From assembly GCA_965637545.1 (NCBI GenBank), contig OZ281501.1:6758001-6822000 (forward strand): DNA of 64,000 bases, in the 5' to 3' direction. Positions 42,486-53,066 of the stretch are shown here, piece after piece. The DNA is from Phallusia mammillata. Lineage: Eukaryota. The notes under the pieces are model-generated. The model ran no database searches and was not told where the DNA came from. It saw only the letters and a list, made by a program, of their open reading frames with translations. Within the stretch, counting starts at the first letter, position 1, and each line of letters opens with the position of its first letter. A program made the position numbers and the translations under genes.

Positions 42486-43799
42486 GTTTGTTATCATCAA
42501 ATCCTGTTCATAACAGAAACGCTTTCTAACAGCTAGAAGCTAAAGGCATTTGAGGTTTAAACTGTATGAGCATCTGGCAACATGCGTCTGGCCTGCACAC
42601 AGACAGTCACAACCTGTAACTTGGCCCTCAGTTCAGTAAACTGCTTTGGAAAATCAGCACATGCAATTCGACTGGACTGTCAGAACTCAGAACAAGACAA
42701 ACAGTGACTCAATTGTCTCAGCGTTGTTTGTTCACACGAAAACCCGCTATTAGCTCAATATGAGCATCTCTCATCGAACAGAACAGTATAAGCCTAAATT
42801 GTAAAGATTGTGAAAAAATGTAAGGCACGTTAGTGTAACGCTTTCCTTTGCGTGTTCCCCTTTTTCTCACGCAAGCGTCACACAATGTGGCTTAAGTAAA
42901 ACGCGGACATCAAGTGAACGACAATTCGTTTTAATTGTTTGGTCAAATCCGGTTTTTCTGCGAATGAAAACGAAAACGTATCAAGCAAAAATCGCACTCG
43001 AAACACAACAAGTAAACATACCGACTGTTTGGCCACAGGGGTTTTGGTATTAAATGTTGTTTTAAAGGCCGAACGAATCCTGCACAAACAACCAAACGTT
43101 TACAGGTTTAGAACAAAATTTCACATTACAGTACAAAGCCAAACTTACCAGCAAAATGATTCACAAACGCAGCTTTATCAAACTCAGCAATTTATTTATA
43201 CTTTCTAGCTGCTAAATAAAGGTATCAGAGTTTAGATTGATGGCTTCAATTCAAATTATGCCTGTCAGCAGTTCACAAACGTACACCACGAGGCAAGTTA
43301 CAAATGATTGTAACATACACAGTACACAGGCAATTGACGTCACGCATTGGAACATTAATTGTCACGCATTGGAACACTAACTGTTGCGTCACAGGACAAT
43401 TGTTATACGTTTGCTGGACAAAGTTTTATTCACAGCAGTTGACAAAAACGACGTAGTCACGTAACACGTTAGCGATGAGACAGAAAAAAGTGCGCGCGTT
43501 TTTCTAATGGGGCAGTTAATTAAAAAAAGTATTAAATGGCCACACGATGTCGCCACGCAACAGTTATAGTTAGGGCTACTGTTGTCTGATAAAATCGAAC
43601 GTTTGAAAGAAAAATTTAAGAAATTAATCATATTGCTGATACAATGTCACAATACTATTGTGTGCCAATTTGCCTGGAAAGTAAAGGTGGCCATAAATTT
43701 CCACTTAACAGTCAACTGCATGAGAAAATGAAGGTGACTATCAAGCGTTGTGACCCTTAAACTGAAAAGTTGTGGAAACCGATAATTTATTTATTCTAT

Positions 43800-45870
43800 C
43801 AGATGAAAGAAATACATGGCCAGCACGAGAAGTTGTTGATCAATCAATGATCGCCAAATTTAAACAGCAGTTTCCTGCTACCAGAGTTATTTTAGATGCC
43901 ACAAAAATTAAAAAAACCAACCAATGTTAAAGCTCAAAATTCCACATTTTCAACATGTAAAAATACCATAAGGATTCTGGTTGGAATTTTACCAAAAGGG
44001 CTAGTGACTTTTCTAAGTAATTTTCATGGAGGATGTACAAGTGAGATGCTAGTGATAGAAGATTCTGTACTATACTAAAATGTCTCAGAGTTTTCTTAAC
44101 CCGTATACAGCATTATGGCAGATAGAGGAATCAGAGTGCAATATTTGTTTACATCCTTAGATATATTTGTTAACATCCCTAACAATGCTAAAAGGAAAAA
44201 GCCATGAAAATATTTCAGTAGTAACTAAAGGATAGGCATACTGCATCAGAAAGGATCAATGTTAAGAGAGTCATAGGACTCTTAATATAAAATAATATAT
44301 AGCTAAAATATACAATATATTAAAGCAATCCATGCCTCATTATGCTGCATCTGTCAAATAAACTTATTTTTGTTTGTTTTATGGGGACAAATGTTAGGTT
44401 TATGGGGACAAATGTTAGGCAATGTATTGTTAGAGATAAGTGTTACATTTTTTGTGTATGTCAGTTAGGGTATGGCAGTTCTGTCCAGCACAATGTGTGT
44501 GTGTTTTCCAAAAAGTACATGATAATGTATTCTTGTGTTATCAACTAAACATTTAGTATATAATTACTTAAACCTAATTTTTCTGCACAAATACATCTTT
44601 AAATGTATACACCATAAAGTAGCAGTACTGCTTATTAGCAATGCCCAAATGTCCTTGAATCTGAAAACTTAAAAATCTTCGAATTCATACACCACAAAGT
44701 AGCAGTACTGCTTATTAGCAATGCCCATTTGTCCCTGAATCTGAAAGTAGTATTTATGATTTTTTTAATTGAAGGCTGTCACTCACAAATTCAGATATGG
44801 GAAGTTAGCACCTTCGGTTATAATTGCAATCTTTCCCTAGATGGACATTTAATCTTAACCAAACCAGTTTTCTCTTGCTTTGCATCTGGTGTTGCAGCAA
44901 AGTATGGCTGTTGGTTGTCAATAAACAGACCTGCCGCACTCATGTGGATATTTTTTGTTTTGCTGAACAAAGTAAGTGCCCTTTTTTCATACATTTTGCC
45001 ATGACATATTGCTCCTGTGGACAGTACAAACTTAGAGTTACATAGTTTTGCATATTTCTTCTTTCAGTTGCCAAAATAATATCCCTAAATTTTGGTGCTG
45101 TTATGCGAAACTTTCATTGGTTAACATTCCTTGCACTTACTTTGTTCAGTTGTGTTTCATTCAATTTTTTAATTTGTAGAAAACAAGGTTTACAAGTCAC
45201 CACTATACAGTACATGTAATAAATAAAGTGAGTGATTACTTTTCAATTGTGTTGCAGGGTGGTGAAACGTTTAAAACTGATCTGTATAACTTTTCTTAAC
45301 AGATAGCTCTTCTGTGATGTGAAATTTGGAAACCATAAGAGCTGTGGCTGCTAGATGTTTGCATGTAGCAACAGGTCCTCTTCCTGCTGCACACTCACAT
45401 TCTGAATTTACAATTTCTCCACTGTTTTCAAGTTTTATTTTGACATTATATGAAACATTTTTTTCAGTGAAGCATGTACAATGCCACTTAAATAAAACTC
45501 AAACAAACATTTCAGACTAGGCGTCCTTTCACAATAGCCTTCACATCACTGTTGGAAATTTTGTCACATGTGGACTTGAAATGAAAATAAACTTTCACTT
45601 GTTCCTCAGTTGTGTGTGGTATTTGATCCTAGCTGATTATTTGAGTAAACTCTACTTTGTGCTACTGTAACTCAGAGCTGCTACCTACATTCTCCATCAA
45701 GCTCGCAGCACAAGTGAAGTTGTCATTCCTATCATGAGCCTGAAGTCTGTGTACAAGTAGTTATGCAGAGAAAAAACAAGAAGCTATTGCAAAAAAACAT
45801 AGAAATACAACGCATCTTAAAATTAAATCCTCCTTCTTGCCAGTTGTTTTGGGACATCTTTTATTTAACT
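43800..45870. mobile_element. Decayed ISL2EU-like (PIF/Harbinger superfamily) transposon: DDE_Tnp_4 transposase (+) and convergent SWIM/YqaJ nuclease ORF (-)
   Basis: + strand about 43810-44300: WPAREVVD..FPATRVILDAT..STFST..GGCTS..SIMADRG..VNIP..ASERINVKRVIG with stops and frameshifts. - strand: CECAAGRGPVATCKH (SWIM, about 45350-45400), RITAPKF, GLFID..YFAATPD..KIKCP, NHKYYFQIQGQMG (YqaJ). Termini not resolved. Confidence 0.75.
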
Positions 45871-46609
45871 CAGATTTCCATTTAGAATAATCCATTTTTA
45901 GTTGATTTAAGTTGGCAAATAACAATGTTTAGTGGTAAAAATATGACGGAGTAGAGTTGTGTTGACGGAGTAATGCGAAATTTAGGCCTTTCAATTTGTG
46001 CCGTTATGACAACTATAACTGTTGCGTGGCGACACCATGCGGAATTTTCGACCCCTTAACTGCCCCATTGGAAGTCAACCTTTGGTCCAGCTAGTGTCAC
46101 GCTTGACTGAAGTTTAGATTTGCTTTTTCCTTCACCACCTGTTCCGAGAATTGTTAAAAACTATACTAAGTAGGTTTAATGCTTTTTGCTATGTTTAATG
46201 CTTTTTGCTTTGTTATTGAACATGTAATATTACAAATAGCTGTTACAGAGTATAGCCTATTACAGAGTTAAGTCTCTTGTATGGAATGAAGGTGTTCAGT
46301 TCGCATTTGCCAATCTTGCATGGTATGAGAAAAGCTAGATTAGGCCTAAACCCTGTACGTGAAAGTAATAAAACCTCGAAAAAGGGATAATGAATACAAC
46401 AAAACATCGGTTTTTAGCATGTATGCACTCCAGTTGTATCTGTTTTTACAAAATATTCCTATGATTTGGAGTATTTTATCTGCTAATGCAGGGGTGTGCA
46501 ACCTTTGTTACTGTGGGGCCAAATACAATTGCTAAAATTAGATCGCGGGCCGTACCTGTGAATAACACAAGGTGATTTGACTTTTTTGCATACCAAATAT
46601 GCTTAACTG

Positions 46610-47005
46610 TGTAGGGGCTTTATGGTCCTGATGACGTCGTACTTATTACTACGGAAGTATCTTTCGCTGTAGATGTTTATACTTTAAGTCCCTGGCTATC
46701 TGAGCTACTGCTTGTCTGGGCTTAGTCCAACAAGGAAGACGGCGTTTTAACCTTGATGTTAGTTTATTGCGTTAAGAGAGTTATACGTTCTGACCATGAG
46801 AGTTACAACACATGTGAATATATAGTGACAAAGGTGACGATGACGCAACTGTACAATTGTGCTTAAGGTGCTAAACAGCGACAACTGGCATTTAAGATCG
46901 AGTACTGAAAAGGTGACGATGACGAAATACAACGTTCATGCAATCACAGTAACTCGTATGATAATATACGCGCTTATGTATAACTTCAATACACGATACT
47001 CCACA
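46610..47005 (-). repeat. 3' LTR
   Basis: Direct repeat of 51692-52087. Minus strand carries a TATATA box and a downstream AATAAA. Confidence 0.95.
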
Positions 47006-47777
47006 CAGGCCACCCCGCCGAAAAGTGTTTTTCCGATTTATGTCGATTTTGACATGTGTGATTCTTTGCCTTCTGCTTCTTGGTTCGTTCCAGTCGCGAG
47101 TGTCTTTTCGTTTTGATTGTTTGTTGTTCATTCTTGATGACCAGTTGTTGAACGTTGTTGATTTTGATTCGATCGTGATTCGGTGTTGTGGAGATGACAT
47201 CAAATCTTTGATTTGTCCAAATGTCGTTCGATTGAGATAGGTCGACGTTCTTATGATAAAGATGACGATAAACAGTAATGTGACGTGACGTAGAATTACG
47301 TTGAGCTGCGTGGCGAGTTTGACGATGTGGTAGCCAATGACATTGATGTTGTTAGATATCCTGCATAGTCAATCTCCGATCGACTTTGCATGACATCTGT
47401 CAACATCGTCGTAGTTTTGATGATGATCGTCACAGTGTTAGTCGGCCTCGTGAACAACCTGGTAAGAATGTTTTGATTCATCGTGATGAAGAACACGGAT
47501 GTTGGCGATGGAGTCTCGTTAGTTTGTTGAACTTCTTCTAGCAGATGGTTCGTTTGTGTGATCATGGGGAAGACTGAGTTGGAGAGTCGAGTATTGATTC
47601 AAAGCAATTTATCATGCATCAACTTTCAACGTTCATTTCACATGCGGCAAAATAACTTAATTTTAATTTGATCGTATGTTAATAATGAAACATTGTTTTA
47701 CAAACATGCAACAAGTTAGTATATGTCAACACTGCAAACATCACAAGTAAATAGTGGAAACTCGGTGACGAATTTGG

Positions 47778-49595
47778 TTACTCGACGTTCCGTTGGAGAT
47801 CATGGAGTTCGAAATTGTTTCCAACGTTTTCACCGACGTCCCCTATTACATTGTCATGTTTGTGTAACAGTTTGGTTTGAACTAAACCAAACACCCAAAA
47901 TCCATAATGTTTCAGAGCTATGCCAGTTAACACTATTCCCCAAAAGCATGCTAAGAACAGTGCTATGGTTACCAGAAAGTTTATAAATGGCGATGTTATA
48001 GAGCTAATAACATGCAAAAACACGTTCTTTGTTGCTGCGTCAATCTTGTCCGTGATGTATCCTACGTCCGCTTCTTCTGATGGGTCAAGGTTAGATTGCA
48101 TGTATTGTGACAGCTGTTCGTTGTGTAATCGAACTTCTGTCAGTGTCATTAGCATGCTGTTCATATCCTCGATTCCGCTGCTCGATTTCGGGAATTCATC
48201 CATGAAGGATTGATAGTCCGTTGTCCGATGGCTGAAGTGGATTGGCGATAGAGTTGGGACGATTTCGTGGACGTTCGAGTCCACGTGCGTCAATGTGTAG
48301 TTGTCGAATACAACGAATTCTTCTTCAATTCGGAATGACAGTACTCGTCCCGGTTGATAAGTTTCAAGAAATTTGACGTTTTGATAAACAAAACCATCGC
48401 GGTATAGTTGACCGACTATTCTTGTTCCGGTTGAGTCGATGTATTCGATTAGTGGCCTTGTAGCGAAAAGGTCACCATGGCGAAGGCTATGAAGAATTGT
48501 TCCATTGATTTCTTCGCAGGTGATTTCGGTCATTAGGTCGGATGTTGTGATTGCTGCTCGATGTCCTCCAAGTACTTGGCTAATGATTTCACCAGGATAT
48601 TGACGGGACAGCAGTGAGTAGACCGTTGATAGTAGAGACTGAATTTGGCACTCTACATAGTGTATGTCGTTCGTCATGTTTGTGATGCTGGTTATCAAAG
48701 CATCGGTAGCTTCGTTCAGGATTAGACCTTGAACTCCGTCTTTCTGCGAACGTTGCATAATGTCCAGCCGATTCCTCTTTGTGTTGATAGTACAGTTTTT
48801 AGGTACAACGATAATTCCTCCGGCACAAAAAGCGTGCGGGGAGTAGCAAGATGCAACCTCCTTGGGACATTCAAAAGTGTGGTGAATGCTGAGGCCAAGA
48901 TCGGGTATTTCGAGGCGTCGAGGTTGATTCACGGAATCGCCGTGATGCTGGATCATCTCGTGGGTGCCTATGGGATATGTAATGGCACAGTCGACGTTTT
49001 TAGGAACTGACCAAACGAAAGTACGAGTTCCTACACTGCAAAAACCTTGATGGACGTTGCAGCTTGACATAATCCCCAAAGCGCTACGAAGCTTTTTGTT
49101 GATGGGATCATAATAAATAGTCGACTTGGTCAGTATAGCGTTGTTGACTGACCCCACGTTGCTAGTTGGCCATTTGTATTCTATTTTTATTTGATTGTTA
49201 GTAGAATACAATGTATCGCTTTTTTGCAACAATCTGCCGATAATTGGTGTAGATAAAGTACGTTTCCATTCTTCACAAGTGCCAGGAGTAGGAGCGGGAG
49301 CGGAAATTGTATTTTTTGTGTGGAACTTTCCACCGAAGAAATAGTAATGCGACTCGTAGCTAGTGGTGTATATTTGACACATGGCAACATTTATTTTAAT
49401 TTCCCCTTTGGACGGGTTGAACACGTCTACAGTACATTTGTCTTCTAAAGGGTGTTTGTAGTTCTTCTTACAAGGCATGGGTTTGGGAATGAAATATTCC
49501 CCTTTGGAAAGTGTGTCGTGGCATAGCTTGAACTTGTGTGTTGAGCTGTGCGTAGTTGTGATGGAAAGAAATAGGATTAAACTGAAATAAATCAT
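47778..49595 (-). CDS. env: Envelope glycoprotein, class III fusogen-like (herpesvirus gB / chuvirus G type), 605 aa
   Basis: Signal peptide MIYFSLILFLSITTTHSS; Cys-rich ectodomain; N-glycosylation sequons NCT, NMT, NGT, NYT; KRNR before a long helix; gB-like stretch ECQIQ...YPGEIISQVLG..DLM....C...SLR...ATRPLIEY...GQL...VFDNYT; C-terminal TM FINFLVTIALFLACFWGIVLTGIAL. Confidence 0.85.
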   Translation of the reverse strand: MIYFSLILFLSITTTHSSTHKFKLCHDTLSKGEYFIPKPMPCKKNYKHPLEDKCTVDVFNPSKGEIKINVAMCQIYTTSYESHYYFFGGKFHTKNTISAPAPTPGTCEEWKRTLSTPIIGRLLQKSDTLYSTNNQIKIEYKWPTSNVGSVNNAILTKSTIYYDPINKKLRSALGIMSSCNVHQGFCSVGTRTFVWSVPKNVDCAITYPIGTHEMIQHHGDSVNQPRRLEIPDLGLSIHHTFECPKEVASCYSPHAFCAGGIIVVPKNCTINTKRNRLDIMQRSQKDGVQGLILNEATDALITSITNMTNDIHYVECQIQSLLSTVYSLLSRQYPGEIISQVLGGHRAAITTSDLMTEITCEEINGTILHSLRHGDLFATRPLIEYIDSTGTRIVGQLYRDGFVYQNVKFLETYQPGRVLSFRIEEEFVVFDNYTLTHVDSNVHEIVPTLSPIHFSHRTTDYQSFMDEFPKSSSGIEDMNSMLMTLTEVRLHNEQLSQYMQSNLDPSEEADVGYITDKIDAATKNVFLHVISSITSPFINFLVTIALFLACFWGIVLTGIALKHYGFWVFGLVQTKLLHKHDNVIGDVGENVGNNFELHDLQRNVE

Positions 49596-49600
49596 GATGT

Positions 49601-51595
49601 TTAATCTCTAAATCTGAGTGGTCGTCTGACAACTCGACCGGTTCGGGTTTTGATGATTGGTGCAGGAGGAGTAGGTGCAGCGGTTGATGATTCTGGTGTT
49701 CGATCAACCTCGATATCGTGTGCTGCGGCTGTTTCGCTTCCTTCAGATTTGCCTTCAAAAATATCTGGACAAATTAAAGGATTATTTCGAGATAGGACAA
49801 AGTTCGTTTTTGAAATGAATTTTGAACTTGTACCTTTTCGATTACCATACACAACCTTTGACTTGTATGTAATGGGATCTCTAAAGACAGTTTTTAGTTG
49901 CGTTGTTGGATAACGACTTTTAGTTGTTAAACATACCTCAGGATCTAAACCATTCGGTTTATAAATTGGTCTTTTACGCTTGGGTAAAGATGGTGATTTA
50001 ACAGTTTTCTTGCTAGATTGTGAAATGAGTTTCCTCCTGCGGATGTCAATTAAAAGATTGTAATGACGTAGAAAATCAGCACCAAGGATTGGTTGGCGTA
50101 CAGCACAAACTAAAAATCTCCATCTGAAAGATCTGGAAAGATTAAAATTGACTGACAATCGTTTTTCACCGAACGATGTGAAGCCCTTTCCTGCGGCACC
50201 GTACAAGTAAACAGATTTTTTGTTGTAAAAACCTTTTGCAAACCATGCAGGTACGATGCTGACGTCACTTCCGCTGTCCACCAAAAAACTTAAATTGTTG
50301 TTTTTATCTTTTATGGTAAAGGTTTTTCTCTTACTTGCTGGACGACGCCCACGGTAAGTTATTGATTGGGCCCGAAGCTGTTGGTGTTCGTTCGACCACA
50401 AAATACAGTTCGGTCTGCACTTACTTGCGTTCATTCCATAGATAGAATGATAGTAGCACAACCGATGCGACGCAGGTTGATCTCTCAGTGGAGGAAATTT
50501 ACTTCTAGATACTGGAACATATTTAGCTTTTCCAGCATAGTTACGATTCGGTCAAGATTCAAATGATCTATATTCCGACCGTAAGGGTGTAGAAGTAGTC
50601 TGCGGACTTACTTGAGGCTGGCCCGCATTATTTAATAATGACATGGTTTGCATCGTCTTTATGGCATCCATGTCATTGGATAGCTTTGCGAAGCGCCTTT
50701 CGAAATCATCATAACCATCGTCTGATTTGTTAATCTGGTGATGGGATGATTGCGGTTGCTCTGTAGTTCCTCGAGAAGTGGAAACAGGAGTTTGCGACTG
50801 TACAAATAAATGTGGAGAATTTAGCATCATTACAGAATCGGCAATTTCTGCTAGACTGTCTAAATCCTGATGAATACTTGCCGATAGAACAAGTCTGACC
50901 TCCTTTGGCAGTCGATCTAAAAACAGTTTTTTTAATAAGGCCACAGCCGATGGACCTAAATCGCCATAACCAGCCAATAACAACTTCATTTCGTAAAGTA
51001 GTTCGCTGGGTCTCTTATTGCAAGGTTCGCCAGCACTTAACAATTGGTTTAGGCGCATCATTTCCCTCGTCTCATAAAACTTAAGCAAATCCTGCTTTAA
51101 GTGTGAATAGGGATGATCGGAAGTTCGGTTCAGAATAAGATGACCAATCTTCGCAATCTGATCCTCTCCCAATCTTGGTATGATTGCAGCGAATTTTTCC
51201 TGCTCGCTGTAAATCTGGTTAGCTTCGAATATGGTTTCAACGGTTGCAAACCATACAGCACACCGTTCGGCCCAGAACTTAGGGATGTTCAATTTTGCAA
51301 GCAGCATACCTCTGTTAGGTGGTGGCACGGCAGTTTCGCACCCGGTTTGTTGATTTGTAGATAAATCCGGGTAAACCACCTTGATATCGGACGGTTGACT
51401 GATGGGTGAACTAGACCCACTGTCACAATCGTCTTGACGATTGTTTGTTTGAAACGGCCCAGGATGACGAGAATCCTTGGGTAATTGTCCAGTACCACTG
51501 TAAGAGGGCAGCTCAGTGCTTCTTATGATGGGAGTAGAAGTCAGTTTTGTCTTTTTGGATTTACCAAAAGGCAGAAGATTATGCATGTAGGACAT
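49601..51595 (-). CDS. Gag (CsRn1-type with CHCC nucleocapsid) plus retropepsin, one frame interrupted by a single TGA at 50554-50552
   Basis: Gag LNIPKFW...WFATVETIF...QEKF...PYSHLK..L...LNQLL......RPSELL; after the TGA, CYYHSIYGMNASKCRPNC (Cx2Hx9Cx3C); protease FLVDSGSDVS...ILGADFLRHYNLLID; tail TRTGRVVRRPLRFRD. The two track ORFs differ by 1170 nt, so they share a frame. Confidence 0.88.
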
Positions 51596-51668
51596 ACTTA
51601 AGTATAAATAATTGTAAATAGTCAACAACAAAATAATACCTCACCGTAATTGAGTATGGTCCGTCAAG

Positions 51669-51686
51669 ATCACGTCGGGTTCGCCA
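51669..51686 (-). promoter_or_regulatory. Primer-binding site, tRNA-Trp-like
   Basis: TGGCGAACCCGACGTGAT, 5 nt downstream of the 5' LTR. Complementary to ATCACGTCGGGTTCGCCA, which resembles the 3' end of eukaryotic tRNA-Trp as I recall it (ATCACGTCGGGGTCACCA). Confidence 0.8.
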
Positions 51687-51691
51687 ATTTA

Positions 51692-52087
51692 TGTAGGGGC
51701 TTTATGGTCCTGATGACGTCGTACTTATTACTACGGAAGTATCTTTCGCTGTAGATGTTTATACTTTAAGTCCCTGGCTATCTGAGCTACTGCTTGTCTG
51801 GGCTTAGTCCAACAAGGAAGACGGCGTTTTAACCTTGATGTTAGTTTATTGCGTTAAGAGAGTTATACGTTCTGACCATGAGAGTTACAACACATGTGAA
51901 TATATAGTGACAAAGGTGACGATGACGCAACTGTACAATTGTGCTTAAGGTGCTAAACAGCGACAACTGGCATTTAAGATCGAGTACTGAAAAGGTGACG
52001 ATGACGAAATACAACGTTCATGCAATCACAGTAACTCGTATGATAATATACGCGCTTATGTATAACTTCAATACACGATACTCCACA
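51692..52087 (-). repeat. 5' LTR
   Basis: Direct repeat of 46610-47005, followed on the minus strand by the PBS. Confidence 0.95.
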
Positions 52088-53066
52088 ACTGCAAGCAAAA
52101 TTCGCATTGATTCCAACCACATGTTGCCAGGTCGCATAAAATAGCACCGGGCGCATTAATCCATGCTCAAAAATATATAAGTTGGACTCGTTTGCAAGTA
52201 CATTCGGCGTCTCTGCGGGCCGCACAATATCTTTTTTCAAGGGCCGCATTTGGCCCACCGGCCCCAGGTTGCACACCCCTGTGCTCATGCCATGGTTATG
52301 TTTCAAATGAAATGACAAAGATGTGTTCTGCGTGCAACATACCACACCGTCATAGTATACTCGGCTGCTTTGACATTGCTTTCAGCTTGATTTACTCGCA
52401 TGCTACAACATACATCAATTTTAATTCAACTCAAATCTTTATTTGCAAAAAACAGGTTGGGTTTTTGGATCCAGCCTAATTTGGACTTACCGGATAATCT
52501 GGCAACATTTGCGACAAAGTTACCATTTGGTAACTTGGCTGCTTGATTTAGATTTTTTAGACAAAAAATAGGGTATGTGAAGGATTTTTGGCTACTACTT
52601 CTAGTTCAGGCCCCAAAGCTGACCCAGCTTCGACACAAACAGAAAATGTGAAGTATTTTTCCCGGCTGCAGACATTGTAGGCTACACTGTTTTGACCTAT
52701 CATTTTATGCAGCTGAAAACATGCCAGTGGCCGTGCGATCTGGGCCGTGTGTACTTTTGGTCTTGTTGCAGTCCACAAATGCAATTTTTGCAGACCACAA
52801 ATTGTAGGTGTACAAAAAACTAAAATCTGACTCACAAACTTACAAGACTCAGCTTCGACACAAACAAAACATGTGAAGATTTTTGTGCCGGCTGCAGACA
52901 GAGCACACTGCGTTAGTGCAGCTGGTGACAAGACATTGGCGGTACGATCTGGACCGTATGTACTTTTGGTAGGTACCTCATCTTTGCATGGGTATTGTTT
53001 TTGTTTTTATTTGGCAATTATTGCATAGTTATTAAACACAACCACAGCATGTCCATCGATGTAGTT

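Larger units (their letters stand above)
46610..52087 (-). mobile_element. Ty3/Gypsy (CsRn1-like) LTR element with gag-protease and env but no RT/RNase H/integrase
   Basis: Two 396-bp LTRs with TG...CA ends and no differences seen by eye, 4-bp TSD ACTG (46606-46609 / 52088-52091), PBS, weak G-rich PPT (GGCGGGGTGG next to 47006), and two long minus-strand ORF blocks. Confidence 0.93.
46489..52281. mobile_element. hAT MITE (CAGGGGTGTGCAAC TIRs) split by the LTR element
   Basis: Left part 46489-46609, right part 52088-52281 ending GTTGCACACCCCTG. TSD tgctaatg (46481-46488) / tgctcatg (52282-52289). Confidence 0.85.

Noticed and set aside
46859-47116. Plus-strand ORF MLKVLNSDNW... duplicated at 51941
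   Set aside because: Antisense reading of the LTR; the duplication simply reflects the two LTRs.
52420-52980. Repeated segments (also at about 56440-56800) as exons of a hidden gene
   Set aside because: Frames are not conserved between copies. Explained by the SDR segmental duplication plus a local ~230-bp tandem repeat.
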